Below the pieces are notes generated by a model, which ran no database searches, was not told where the DNA came from, and saw only the letters and a list, made by a program, of their open reading frames with translations. This document shows positions 19,205 through 28,802 of a DNA stretch of 64,000 nt, in pieces. Origin of the DNA: Actinomycetes bacterium (lineage in GTDB: Bacteria > Actinomycetota > Acidimicrobiia > IMCC26256 > PALSA-610); contig JANYBW010000054.1 in assembly GCA_025360585.1 (NCBI GenBank), forward strand, positions 25,847 to 89,846, written 5' to 3'. Each line of letters starts with the position of its first letter. The first letter of the stretch is position 1. The position numbers and the translations under genes were made by a program.

Positions 19205-20020
19205 ATGCAGGGGGACACCACACCCAAGCGGCTTCGACGAGTCCTATTTGCAACCGTCAGTGCAGCTGCGATCGGTGCAGCAACGTTCGCTGCGCCCGCA
19301 CACGCGTTTACGGGCGTGCGCACGCGACCGGTACTGCTGGTCCACGGCTACAACCCGACCTCCAACTCGACCGATTGCTCGGCCGATTTCGCGCAGATGA
19401 TTACCCAGATGCAATCCGAAGGTTTCACGGGACCATTTATCAAGGTCGGTTACTACTCTGGCGACGTCAACTGCACTGTGAACCTGCGCAACTACGGAAG
19501 TTTCAGTGATTCGTCGTCCTGGAAGGCAATAGCCAAGGCCTTCTCCACGTACGTGTACAACACGTACACGTCGGCCGGTCAGACCGTAGACGTCGTTGGT
19601 TACTCCATGGGCGGCCTCATTGCTCGCGGTGCTGTGTACGGATCTTCGAATGGCCAAAGTGGATTTTCCGCGCCGATCAAAGTTGAAGACGGTGTCACGC
19701 TCGGCGCTCCCCACAACGGTGCGGCTTGGTATTCGAACCTGTGCCTTTGGGGGCAGTGCACCTCGCTGAAGCCCGGAGCGAGCGACATCAGTTGGCTCAA
19801 CGGCAATGGCAACCCCCAAGGCGTTGGTGGAACTGATTGGACCACCATTGGGTCCATAGATGATTGGGTTGTGCCTTCAGCCTCGGCTGCGAACATGACG
19901 CTTCCGGCGACCAACAAAACGACGTATTCCGGAGTGAGCCATACCGGGAGTACGAACTACATGCATCAAGGCGTCGTGGTCACACGCGCGGATGAAGCGT
20001 TGGCCAACGCAGGTCAATAA
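19205..20020 (+). CDS. secreted lipase/esterase (alpha/beta hydrolase, class-2-lipase-like)
   Basis: Signal peptide RRVLFATVSAAAIGAATFAAPAHA. VLLVHGYNPTS oxyanion region and GYSMGG nucleophile elbow. Confidence 0.7.
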   Translation: MQGDTTPKRLRRVLFATVSAAAIGAATFAAPAHAFTGVRTRPVLLVHGYNPTSNSTDCSADFAQMITQMQSEGFTGPFIKVGYYSGDVNCTVNLRNYGSFSDSSSWKAIAKAFSTYVYNTYTSAGQTVDVVGYSMGGLIARGAVYGSSNGQSGFSAPIKVEDGVTLGAPHNGAAWYSNLCLWGQCTSLKPGASDISWLNGNGNPQGVGGTDWTTIGSIDDWVVPSASAANMTLPATNKTTYSGVSHTGSTNYMHQGVVVTRADEALANAGQ

Positions 20021-20042
20021 CCCGCGTTCGAAAGTGGTTCCA

Positions 20043-20088
20043 AGCTGGGCGGTTGTGCGCGTTTCGCGAACGGCCGCCCAGCTTTTTT
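20043..20088 (+). terminator. rho-independent terminator after the lipase gene
   Basis: A 10-bp perfect stem AGCTGGGCGG...CCGCCCAGCT enclosing an inner CGCG-ttt-CGCG hairpin, followed by a T run ending at 20088. Confidence 0.8.
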
Positions 20089-20099
20089 AGGAAATCGCT

Positions 20100-21317
20100 T
20101 TACGTCACTCGGCGGGCTCGGATGATCTCGGCAACCGATTCCGCGGACCGCCGAGGCTGACGGTTTCGGTCGAAGAGCCCGAAGTTCACGTTGTAGCCGT
20201 GAGTCCATTCGTAGTTGTCGACCCCAGTCCAAAAGAACACTCCCCGAACGTCGATGCCATCGCCCAGAGCGTCTTCCACGAACCCCAACGACTCTCGGAG
20301 GTAGCTCTCGCGACGATCGTCGTCATCGTTGTCGCGTGGAGTTCCCAAACCAAGCTCACACACCAGCAGCGGACGGTCGGGCAACTCGTCGGCTAATCGG
20401 CGAATTGTGAGCGCGAGCCCTTCGGCCCACGGCGCGTAGCCGAGCGGCCCCACTGTCGCGTTGTTCGGAAACGGTTTGAAGGTCATGTCGCGATCGACCG
20501 CCGTCGCGTTATAGTACGAAAAGCCAATAAAATCAGCGCATTCTCTCAGATCGGGTATCTCGACTGCGCCTCGGCCGGGGATCGCCAATACGCCGTCGCG
20601 GTCCGCCCGAATCCAGGCGTTCCACATCAATTCGTCGACCGTCGCAGTGTTCTTTTCGGCCGGCAGCGAATCGTCGATGGGAAACAGCGGTGAGAGATTG
20701 TGCACCGTCGCGACTGGTTGCGCGCCGCCGCGTAATTCGCGCCACGCGTCTCGTTGCGCGAGCAGCATGCCTCGATACGCGTCGAGGAACTTCGCGGGAT
20801 CGAGCAGGCCGGGTGGGTACTCACCGAGTAGATAGCTCGCTGCCGAGTACGCGAATGGTTCGTTGATGGGCTGCCAACCTGCGACCAAATCGCCGAAAGT
20901 TTCTGCGCAAAACGCGACGTGGCGCGGCCAGTAGTAGCCGCGAGCCTTGTCATCGATGAAGCCGTGTTCATCGCTGAACCAGCCCGGAAGCGTGAAGTGA
21001 TGCAAACAGAGCCACGGATCGATTCCTGCTTCGTGTGCCGCGGTCAGTATCTCTCGGTAACGATCGATCGCCGCGTCGTCGCGCCGCCCCATCTCGGGCT
21101 CGATACGCGCCCAATCGATCCCCAGCCGATGATTTCGCAACCCGTGATCTGCGTACAGCGCGAAATCTTCGGCGAAGTGAGTCGCGAACCCGTTTCCCGA
21201 ACCCGATTGCGGCGCGCGTCCTTGTTCTTCCCAACGTAGCCAGTCGGAATTGCGAGCCGCTCCTTCGGTTTGAGTCGCGGATGTCGCGGTACCCCAGAGA
21301 AACGATTCAGGAAACAT
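20100..21317 (-). CDS. glycoside hydrolase family 1 beta-glucosidase
   Basis: N-terminus FPESFLWGTATSATQTEGA and the acid/base motif PINEPF. A C-terminal FFWTGVDNYEWTHGY motif. Confidence 0.9.
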   Translation of the reverse strand: MFPESFLWGTATSATQTEGAARNSDWLRWEEQGRAPQSGSGNGFATHFAEDFALYADHGLRNHRLGIDWARIEPEMGRRDDAAIDRYREILTAAHEAGIDPWLCLHHFTLPGWFSDEHGFIDDKARGYYWPRHVAFCAETFGDLVAGWQPINEPFAYSAASYLLGEYPPGLLDPAKFLDAYRGMLLAQRDAWRELRGGAQPVATVHNLSPLFPIDDSLPAEKNTATVDELMWNAWIRADRDGVLAIPGRGAVEIPDLRECADFIGFSYYNATAVDRDMTFKPFPNNATVGPLGYAPWAEGLALTIRRLADELPDRPLLVCELGLGTPRDNDDDDRRESYLRESLGFVEDALGDGIDVRGVFFWTGVDNYEWTHGYNVNFGLFDRNRQPRRSAESVAEIIRARRVT

Positions 21318-21390
21318 GTCGGCAACCCTACGGGGCGAACGCTCGGCGCTACCCCGTGGCCCGATCAGAGCGACGAGCTACCCTTGGCGA

Positions 21391-23388
21391 ATGGCGCGAT
21401 TTCGGTATTCACGATGGGACGGATCACAAGTTGGCTTCGATCTGGATGCGGATTCGTTGCTCTCAGAAATGACCGACGATCTGCTCTATCACGGCGATCT
21501 GAATGCCGCGATGCGCCGGATGATGCAACAAGGATTTCAAGATCGTGAAGGCCGCGACGTTCAAGGCCTGCGCGAGATGATGCAGAAGCTACGCGAACGC
21601 CGTCAGGAAATGCTTGATCAATACGATCCTGGCGGCATCTTCGAAGACGTCGCGAATCAACTCGAAGAAATCCTCGATCAAGAGCGCGACGGCATCGAAC
21701 GGCGGCGCGCCGAGGCGCGCGAATCCGGCGATCAGCGCCGCGAGGAAATCGTCAACGATCTCGCGCGCCAACGCCGCGAACAGCTCGATCAAATGCCGCC
21801 CGATCTCGCGGGTCGAGTCACCGAACTCCAGAACTACGACTGGATGGACGACGACGCCCGCGACAAGTTCGAGGCGTTGATGGAAGACCTCAAAAAACAA
21901 CTTCTCGACAATATGTTCAACCAAATGTCGAAGGGGCTCGCCGAAATGAGCCCTGAGGAATTGCAACGGACCAAAGACATGATGGCGGAGCTAAACCAGA
22001 TGCTGCGCGAACGTGAAGACGGAAACGAGCCTGATTTTGATGGCTTTATGGACCGCTACGGCGACATGTTCCCGAGCAACCCTCAAAGCCTCGATGAACT
22101 CTTGCAGTCGATGGCCGCTTCGATGGCCGCGATGCAACGAATGCTGAATTCAATGAGCCCCGAACAGCGAGCACAGCTGATGGAGCTCTCCAACGCGCTC
22201 CTCGACGACATGGATCTCAAGTGGCAGGTCGATGAACTCGGACGCAATCTACAGAACGCGTTTCCGCGCATGGGCTGGGGCCAAGGCGAAGGGTTCCGCG
22301 GCGATGAGCCCATCCCGCTGAACTCAATGGGCAGCATGCTCGATCAGATCGCAGATCTCGACACGCTCGAACAAATGATGCAAAACGCGACCGAGCCGGG
22401 CAAACTCGCGGAGGTCGATCCAGAACAACTCCGCGACCTCCTCGGAGAAGACGCCGCGAACTCACTCGCAGAATTGCAAAAGCTTGCGAAACAACTAGAA
22501 GAAGCTGGCCTCATCGAACAAACCGACGGTCGCTATGAGCTCACACCGAAAGCAATCCGAAAAATTGGCCAGAACGCGCTCGGCGATTTGTTCAAACGGA
22601 TGTTGCAAGACCGTGCGGGTAAGCACAAAATCGAACGCGCGGGCGCGGGCCACGAACGCGCCGATGAAACCAAACCCTACGAATTTGGTGATCCGTTCCA
22701 TCTCGATGTTGCGCGCACGCTCCGCAACGCGGTCTATCGCCAAGGCACGGGAACCCCGGTTCGGCTGACGCCCCAAGATTTCGAAGTCGAACGCACAGAG
22801 CTCGTCACCCGATCAGCAACGGTGTTGCTCCTCGATGTCTCGATGTCGATGGAAATGCGCGGACGATTCCTCGCCGCGAAAAAAGTCGCGATGGCGCTGC
22901 ACTCACTTATCAGCTCGCAATTCCCGCGCGACTATCTCGGACTCGTGAGCTTCGGGCGCGTTGCGAGAGAAGTTCCTGCCAACAAACTCCCGGAAGTCAC
23001 CTGGGATTTTGAATGGGGCACGAACATGCAACACGCAATGATGTTGGCGCGCAACATGCTGAACAAGCAGCATGGGCAAAAACAAATCATCATGATCACC
23101 GACGGCGAACCAACCGCGCACATCGTCCCCGGAGGCGGGACATTCTTCGACTATCCACCGGATCCGGTCACGATCGAACAAACCCTGCGCGAAGTCATGC
23201 GCTGTACGAAAGACAAAATTCGCATCAACACATTCTGTCTCGAAGAGAGTTTCTATCTACGCGAGTTCGTCGAGCGCATGATGCAAATGAACCGGGGTCG
23301 GGCATTCTTCACGACCCCCGAAAACCTCGGCGACTACGTACTCGTCGACTTCCTCGACCAAAAAAAGCAACACCGAAGAGCTGGTTGA
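21391..23388 (+). CDS. VWA-domain protein (ChlD-like partner of the AAA ATPase)
   Basis: N-terminus MARFRYSRWDGSQ, a long acidic coiled middle region, and a C-terminal VWA domain with MIDAS LLLDVSMSM and IIMITDGEPT. ATG 21391 chosen inside ORF 21316-23388. Confidence 0.8.
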   Translation: MARFRYSRWDGSQVGFDLDADSLLSEMTDDLLYHGDLNAAMRRMMQQGFQDREGRDVQGLREMMQKLRERRQEMLDQYDPGGIFEDVANQLEEILDQERDGIERRRAEARESGDQRREEIVNDLARQRREQLDQMPPDLAGRVTELQNYDWMDDDARDKFEALMEDLKKQLLDNMFNQMSKGLAEMSPEELQRTKDMMAELNQMLREREDGNEPDFDGFMDRYGDMFPSNPQSLDELLQSMAASMAAMQRMLNSMSPEQRAQLMELSNALLDDMDLKWQVDELGRNLQNAFPRMGWGQGEGFRGDEPIPLNSMGSMLDQIADLDTLEQMMQNATEPGKLAEVDPEQLRDLLGEDAANSLAELQKLAKQLEEAGLIEQTDGRYELTPKAIRKIGQNALGDLFKRMLQDRAGKHKIERAGAGHERADETKPYEFGDPFHLDVARTLRNAVYRQGTGTPVRLTPQDFEVERTELVTRSATVLLLDVSMSMEMRGRFLAAKKVAMALHSLISSQFPRDYLGLVSFGRVAREVPANKLPEVTWDFEWGTNMQHAMMLARNMLNKQHGQKQIIMITDGEPTAHIVPGGGTFFDYPPDPVTIEQTLREVMRCTKDKIRINTFCLEESFYLREFVERMMQMNRGRAFFTTPENLGDYVLVDFLDQKKQHRRAG

Positions 23389-23457
23389 ATTATCGGCCTA
23401 ACTTTATGGATATCGATGAGATTGAGGGTCACACACCGACGACCAGGAGTGCCGAAG

Positions 23458-23874
23458 ATGGCGAAGGACCGAACGAACGCGCAGTTGCCGCAGAGTGAAG
23501 ATGATTGGAGCGCGCAACTTACGCCCGAACAATTTTCTGTCGCGCGTCAAGCCGGCACAGAACGCGCCTTTACTGGTGAGTACTGGGACTGTCATCAAGA
23601 CGGTGACTACAACTGCGTGTGCTGCGGCGCGGCGTTGTTCAGCTCACAACACAAATATGAATCAGGAAGTGGTTGGCCAAGTTTCTGGCAACCGGCTGAT
23701 GGTGCCACGATCGATGAAATTTCGGATCGCACGCACGGCATGGTGCGCACCGAAGTTCGATGTTCCAATTGCGATGCCCATCTTGGCCACCTTTTCGATG
23801 ACGGACCGCGCCCAACAGGCATGCGGTACTGCATTAACTCTGCGTCGTTGAAGCTCGAAGAACGCGACGCGTAA
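23458..23874 (+). CDS. msrB: peptide-methionine (R)-S-oxide reductase
   Basis: CVCCG...GWPSF...[16 protein letters not shown]...RYCINS matches the SelR/MsrB signature with its zinc cysteines. Confidence 0.92.
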   Translation: MAKDRTNAQLPQSEDDWSAQLTPEQFSVARQAGTERAFTGEYWDCHQDGDYNCVCCGAALFSSQHKYESGSGWPSFWQPADGATIDEISDRTHGMVRTEVRCSNCDAHLGHLFDDGPRPTGMRYCINSASLKLEERDA

Positions 23875-24099
23875 GCCCTGATCTGCTGGCGCGTTTCTAT
23901 GACGGCGAGCCATCGAAACCCGATAAAGCGGACATTTCGCGCAGCAATCAATGGCTATTTCATAAAAAAATGAAAAAAACCCCATAAAACGGGGGCTTCC
24001 ACTTGCGATCCGGCCCGATTCAGGCCAGTATGACAGAGTTGTAATTCCATCGGCGGCATTTACGTCGAACTGTCGCACAACCAGCAGGGGATCCGGCCG

Positions 24100-24384
24100 A
24101 TGCGCGAACTCATGGCACAAGCATTAGATGAAGATAACGAAGACCGTCGGTGGCAAGAGCGCGCCAACTGTCTTGGTGTCGACCCCGATTTGTTCTTCCC
24201 GGAACGCGGCGCGTCGACCAAAGAAGCTAAAGGTGTCTGCAATAGTTGCGAGGTCCGCATGGACTGTCTCGAATATGCACTCCGCCACGGCGAGAAGTTC
24301 GGTATTTGGGGCGGCATGTCGGAACGCGAACGTCGTCGCCTTCGCCGGCAGCGGGCGCTTGCTCGTCGCAGCGCCACTGCCTAG
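24100..24384 (+). CDS. WhiB-family transcriptional regulator
   Basis: Four Cys residues (C-x22-C-x2-C-x5-C), then GIWGGMSERERRRL. Confidence 0.9.
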   Translation: MRELMAQALDEDNEDRRWQERANCLGVDPDLFFPERGASTKEAKGVCNSCEVRMDCLEYALRHGEKFGIWGGMSERERRRLRRQRALARRSATA

Positions 24385-24400
24385 CTGGGCCCAGCAACAG

Positions 24401-25291
24401 TCACTGATCGTCAGCGGTTTCGCGAGCCTTTCGTTCAATTCGGGCTTCGATCGTCTGTTCAGAATCGATGTCGCTCCAGCGTAGGAAATCCGCTGAACAC
24501 CGGTTGAGCTCAGCGCCAGGAAGGAGCCCAACCACTTCGACTTCGCTGACCTCCGTGCGTTCTTGTGCCGCGAGGCCGCGTACGTGCTGTACCGCCTCCT
24601 CCAGGCCAGTCTGTTCGAGATCAACGAGGTTCATCGAGACTTGCGTGCGCTCGCTGTGTGGGAGCTCGAAGCCCAACGCTCGGACTCCCGCAAGACCGCC
24701 AGAGGTTTCGCGGGTTGCCCGGGCAATTCGAAACGCCACTTCGACATCGCGAGCCAACAGCACGCAGTTCACGGCGATAAGCGGTCGCCGCATGCTGATC
24801 GCCGTGGCCCCCAATATCGGGTGGGGCTCCGAGGGCCCGTAATCGGGCGCCAGTAGCCGGAAGGCCTTGCGTCGCACTTCCGGTAAGGGGCGGTTGCCCT
24901 CGTGCGCTTCGTCGTACATGAAGCACGGCACGCCAAAGGCCTCCGACCACCAGCGGGCAAACGAATGCGCGGCTTCGCGGGCTCGATGTCGTTCCGCGGT
25001 CGTAGGCCCGAGTGGCACGAAGGGTACGACGTCGAGTGCGCCGAGGCGTGGGTGTACGCCGTCGTGATCGGCAATGCTCACGTGGGCTGCGACCGCGCGC
25101 GCCAGTTGGCGTACCGCTCCTTCTGCGTCGCGGGGGCCAGGGCCGGCCAGTGTGAACACGCTGCGGTTGTGGTCGATGTCTTCGTGGCGATCCAACAAGG
25201 AGCGGCCACAGGCGATGCTCAGCAGATCGAGCGTCTCGGTGTCGCGGCCTTGGGAAACATTCGGCACGGCTTCCAACATTGCACTGAGCAT
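24401..25291 (-). CDS. glutamate formimidoyltransferase (FT domain only)
   Basis: N-terminus MLEAVPNVSQGRD resembles the ECVPNFSEGR motif. The roughly 296-aa length fits a stand-alone formiminotransferase domain. Confidence 0.75.
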   Translation of the reverse strand: MLSAMLEAVPNVSQGRDTETLDLLSIACGRSLLDRHEDIDHNRSVFTLAGPGPRDAEGAVRQLARAVAAHVSIADHDGVHPRLGALDVVPFVPLGPTTAERHRAREAAHSFARWWSEAFGVPCFMYDEAHEGNRPLPEVRRKAFRLLAPDYGPSEPHPILGATAISMRRPLIAVNCVLLARDVEVAFRIARATRETSGGLAGVRALGFELPHSERTQVSMNLVDLEQTGLEEAVQHVRGLAAQERTEVSEVEVVGLLPGAELNRCSADFLRWSDIDSEQTIEARIERKARETADDQ

Positions 25292-25304
25292 AAGGTGCGC
25301 AGCG

Positions 25305-26339
25305 ATGCGAATTGGGTTGGCCCTGCCTCATTACGACTGTTCGATCGCTGGAGAAAACCCATTGCGGTTCGAAACCGTTCTGCATTACGCGAGTGAAGCC
25401 GAACTCCTCGGGTTCGATTCAGTGTGGGTTTCGGATCATCTGACGTGGGATCTCGAAAAGTACGGCGGTGGAATGGCCCGCTACGGCGTCTTCGAAGCGA
25501 TGGCGACGCTGGCCGCGCTGGCTCGATCGACTTCTACGGTGCGGATCGGTTCGCTCGTTTTGTGTGAGGCGCTGCGGGCTCCTGGCTTGCTCGCCAAGGC
25601 GATTGCCGCGATCGATCAGCTCAGCGGGGGCCGACTCGATATTGGCGTTGGTGCAGGGTGGTACGCACCCGATTACGACGCGATTGGCTCGACGATGGCG
25701 AGTCCGGGTGAGCGCCTCGCTCGACTTGATGATTACCTCACGATTCTTCGAGGTCTCTTGCATACGGGAGATGCGATAACCCACCTTGGCAGGCATTATC
25801 AAGTGCAAGCGATGACCAATGAGCCGCGACCTCACCAACCACGGGTGCCATTGTTCGTAGGGGGCAAGGGCGACCGGATGCTGGCACTCATCGCCCGCCA
25901 CGGGGTCGGCTGGAATACCTGCTGGAACGTGACCTTTGATAATTATCGCGAACGGCTGAGCGTGTTGGAACGGGCTTGTGAGGCTTCGAATCGAGACCCA
26001 GCAACCATCTGGCGCTCGCTTGGCCTCTATACGCTTTGCGGCGATGGCGAACGCGATCTGCAACAACGTTTTGATCACATGGTTGCGGTGTCTCCCAATG
26101 GGGTGCTGGATGGCATGACGCTCACCGAGTGGCGTAAGGGGCGTTTAGTCGGGACGGTTCAGCAAATCACCGAACAAGCCGAAGAATGGGTGAGCCTCGG
26201 TGTCGAAACCATCGTCTGTGGAGTTGGAGCCGTGCCGTTTCAAACGACGGGTCTCGACGACATTGCCAGTATTGCCGAGGCATTGCGAGGCTTGGCCTCT
26301 TACGGGGCCCGAAACACGAATTGCAAAACGGAGGGCTAG
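25305..26339 (+). CDS. LLM-class (luciferase-like) F420-dependent oxidoreductase
   Basis: MRIGLALPHY...GFDSVWVSDHL...RLDIGVGAGW is the typical LLM pattern. ATG 25305 chosen because the 5' part of ORF 25074-26339 is antisense to the formimidoyltransferase gene. Confidence 0.8.
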   Translation: MRIGLALPHYDCSIAGENPLRFETVLHYASEAELLGFDSVWVSDHLTWDLEKYGGGMARYGVFEAMATLAALARSTSTVRIGSLVLCEALRAPGLLAKAIAAIDQLSGGRLDIGVGAGWYAPDYDAIGSTMASPGERLARLDDYLTILRGLLHTGDAITHLGRHYQVQAMTNEPRPHQPRVPLFVGGKGDRMLALIARHGVGWNTCWNVTFDNYRERLSVLERACEASNRDPATIWRSLGLYTLCGDGERDLQQRFDHMVAVSPNGVLDGMTLTEWRKGRLVGTVQQITEQAEEWVSLGVETIVCGVGAVPFQTTGLDDIASIAEALRGLASYGARNTNCKTEG

Positions 26340-26372
26340 CCTCTTCGATATCGAACGATGAGGAGTAAGCCC

Positions 26373-26555
26373 ATGGGTCCAGAATGGTTTATTGTTGCCG
26401 GCGTAATCGTCTTGCTGTTCGGCGGGTCGCAACTGCCAAAATTGGCGAAGTCACTTGGCCAGGCGCAAAACGAGTTCAAATCAGGGCTCGCTGAGGGCGC
26501 GAAAAACGACGATAAAAAAGCCGATAAAAAAGCTGACGAAGCGACCAATAATTAG
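26373..26555 (+). CDS. tatA: twin-arginine translocase TatA/E family subunit
   Basis: MGPEWFIVAGVIVLLFGGSQLPKLAKSLGQAQNEFKSG. A GAGGAG ribosome-binding site lies 7 nt upstream. Confidence 0.88.
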   Translation: MGPEWFIVAGVIVLLFGGSQLPKLAKSLGQAQNEFKSGLAEGAKNDDKKADKKADEATNN

Positions 26556-26589
26556 CGGGTCTCGCCAGCTGTGAGACCGCGTCTATAGA

Positions 26590-26865
26590 TCAGGCGCGGA
26601 CGAGCTGCCGGCGAGCTCGGAGTATCCGGCGGCGTTCACGTTCGGATGCTCCGCCCCACACGCCGTGTTCAATCCGAGCGTCGAGTGCGTACTCGAGGCA
26701 TTCGACGCGCACCGGGCATCCGGCGCAAACGCGTTGGGCTCGGTCGACTCCGCTGCCATCGGATGGAAAGAACTCTGCTGGATCGACTCCGCGACACTTT
26801 GCGGAAAGCATCCAAACGTGTTGGGCCTCAGGAAGCGTCGCTTCTGTGTTCACTTGGGTTTCCAT
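26590..26865 (-). CDS. WhiB-family transcriptional regulator
   Basis: C-x24-C-x2-C-x5-C, then GVWGGASERERRRI. Start taken at METQVN (26865). The ORF track extends to 26937. Confidence 0.85.
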   Translation of the reverse strand: METQVNTEATLPEAQHVWMLSAKCRGVDPAEFFPSDGSGVDRAQRVCAGCPVRVECLEYALDARIEHGVWGGASERERRRILRARRQLVRA

Positions 26866-27024
26866 AGTGCCTCTTCTAACGCTTGAACGCGGGTTTTGGT
26901 TCCCCAAGACCGCAAGGTTTCCTGTGAATTCATGCAACTGTTCAGAGAACTCTCAGTGGAACTATCCGAAAAATCGCGTTCTATGCCGTATTTCTGTTGG
27001 GGCCAACCGATCGAGGAAATCATC

Positions 27025-28395
27025 ATGAATGAATACGGCGACTCTTCCGCACAGCCCGAAACGCCCGAGCTTCCTGACGCTCCGCAAGAGCCGAGTAGTG
27101 ATGCATGGGCGGTATCGGCGCCCTACATCGCTGCGGCGCCGCTCCAAACGGAGCCCTCAGCAGTAACAACGCAACCTCAGGCACCGGCACCGCCACCGGC
27201 GCCTTGGTGGTCAACTCCTGTCGCTCCTTCAACGAGCACAGTGAACCCGATGTTCGCGAACACCGTGCCGGGTACGAAGCCGAAATCGGCGCGGCCAATT
27301 CTTATGGGAGCGATTGTGGGCGCTCTCGTAGGCTCGTTGGTGACGGGCGGGCTCTTCATAGCGTTTCGCGATGACGCTCCTCAGTCAACGAATACGCAAA
27401 GCTCGCTGGTTGATTTGACCAACGTAACGACGGGTACGAAGGCTGATTCGGGCGCCGTGGCCCCGACGAAAACTGGCGGGATCGATCTGCATGCAGTGAT
27501 CAACCGGATTCGTCCGGCAGTGGTGACGATCAAGGTACAAACGGCTTCGGGCCAAGCCGGAGGCACTGGATTCATCGTGGAATCCGACGGCACCATCGTC
27601 ACCAACGCGCACGTCGTGAACGGAGCGCAAGGGATCAAGATCACGCTGTCCGACGGCGATGTTGTCGATGCAACGGTGCGTGGCACCGACGTGGGCCACG
27701 ATCTTGCGGTTATCAAAATTGATCGCAGTGGCCTTCCGACTGCATTTCTTGGCGACTCGGATCGCATGAGTGCAGGCGACCCCGTGGTTGCGGTTGGCAA
27801 CGCTCTCGGCCTCGGAGTCTCAGTGACCCAAGGGATCGTCTCCGCGGTCGATCGCGACATCCACGAACCGAACAGCGTGATCATTTTGGGCGCGCTGCAG
27901 ACCGATGCCGCGATTAATCCAGGCAACTCTGGCGGTCCGCTTGTGAATGCCAAAGGCGAAGTGATCGGTATCAACACCGCAATCGCGTCGCCAACGGAAT
28001 CCAACAATGTCGGATTCGCAATCTCAGTGTCGTCGGCCGCGCTTGTGATCGATGCCTTGGCGGCGGGTCGCACCCCCAAGGATGCGTTCTTGGGGGTCAA
28101 GACCGACGACGTCACGCCGTCGCTCGCGAGAGACAAGAATTTGAAGGCAACAGTGGGCGCCTATATCAATGGCTTTTCGCCGGGTGGCAGCCCGGCGCAG
28201 TCCGCAGGGTTGGCAATCGGTGACGTCGTCGTGAAGGTGGCGGGAACCGCGGTGACGGGCCGCGAGCAGATGCGGAGGCTGATTCGTCGGCACCCTGCGA
28301 ACTCCGCGGTCGAGTTCGTGATTGTCACCGCAGCTGGCGTTACCAAGACGTTGACCATCAAATTGGGTGAAGCCCCGCCGGTCGTCCAAAACTGA
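27025..28395 (+). CDS. htrA: membrane-anchored HtrA/DegP-type serine protease with PDZ domain
   Basis: Catalytic triad context is intact: TNAHVV, HDLAVIK and NPGNSGGPLV. A C-terminal PDZ domain (GLAIGDVVVKVAG) and an N-terminal transmembrane helix. Confidence 0.88.
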   Translation: MNEYGDSSAQPETPELPDAPQEPSSDAWAVSAPYIAAAPLQTEPSAVTTQPQAPAPPPAPWWSTPVAPSTSTVNPMFANTVPGTKPKSARPILMGAIVGALVGSLVTGGLFIAFRDDAPQSTNTQSSLVDLTNVTTGTKADSGAVAPTKTGGIDLHAVINRIRPAVVTIKVQTASGQAGGTGFIVESDGTIVTNAHVVNGAQGIKITLSDGDVVDATVRGTDVGHDLAVIKIDRSGLPTAFLGDSDRMSAGDPVVAVGNALGLGVSVTQGIVSAVDRDIHEPNSVIILGALQTDAAINPGNSGGPLVNAKGEVIGINTAIASPTESNNVGFAISVSSAALVIDALAAGRTPKDAFLGVKTDDVTPSLARDKNLKATVGAYINGFSPGGSPAQSAGLAIGDVVVKVAGTAVTGREQMRRLIRRHPANSAVEFVIVTAAGVTKTLTIKLGEAPPVVQN

Positions 28396-28479
28396 GGCCG
28401 CGGCGGTAGCCTGGCAGCGGTTTGAACCGGAGTGGTCGCGTGGCTCCTCAGGGAGTCGCCCAAAAGGAGTCAATTCGTC

Positions 28480-28746
28480 ATGGCAATGGAACCCGAAGTT
28501 CAAGATCTGCCGCTACAAGGTCATGTGCGGATCGTGTATCTGGGCGCGGTCGCTCCGCACTGGGACGTACAGCGCGTCTTCGGCGACCATGGCGTGATCG
28601 ATGAGTTCCGGACCCGAGTCACCGCGCGGCTCCAACTGCTTCCGCCCCACGACCCGCAATTTCGCCGTAACCGCGAACGAGTAGCGCGCGATGCCGAACG
28701 GGAACGCCTCGAACTCGAATGGGACCTCGGCTACGACGAGGACTAA
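28480..28746 (+). CDS. small conserved-looking hypothetical protein
   Basis: An AAGGAG ribosome-binding site 10 nt upstream of ATG 28480. The 88-aa product has an arginine- and glutamate-rich C-terminus. No family recognised. Confidence 0.5.
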   Translation: MAMEPEVQDLPLQGHVRIVYLGAVAPHWDVQRVFGDHGVIDEFRTRVTARLQLLPPHDPQFRRNRERVARDAERERLELEWDLGYDED

Positions 28747-28802
28747 CTCGCAATCGGCTGGCGTTCAATTCAAGCCACGCACGAGTGCGGTGGCGTTTTC
28801 GG

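Noticed and set aside
25074-25304. 77-codon 5' extension of the LLM oxidoreductase ORF.
   Set aside because: It overlaps the formimidoyltransferase gene on the opposite strand. The LLM family N-terminus MRIGLALPH begins at 25305.
26555-26590. Hairpin GGTCTC-N9-GAGACC between the convergent tatA and whiB genes, considered as a bidirectional terminator.
   Set aside because: The perfect stem is only 6 bp and neither strand has a T run. This is not enough support to call a terminator.
24100-26937. Two WhiB genes bracketing formimidoyltransferase, LLM oxidoreductase and tatA, considered as a possible functional island.
   Set aside because: WhiB paralogs are numerous and scattered in Actinomycetota. 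The enclosed genes share no pathway logic or operon structure, since their orientations are mixed.
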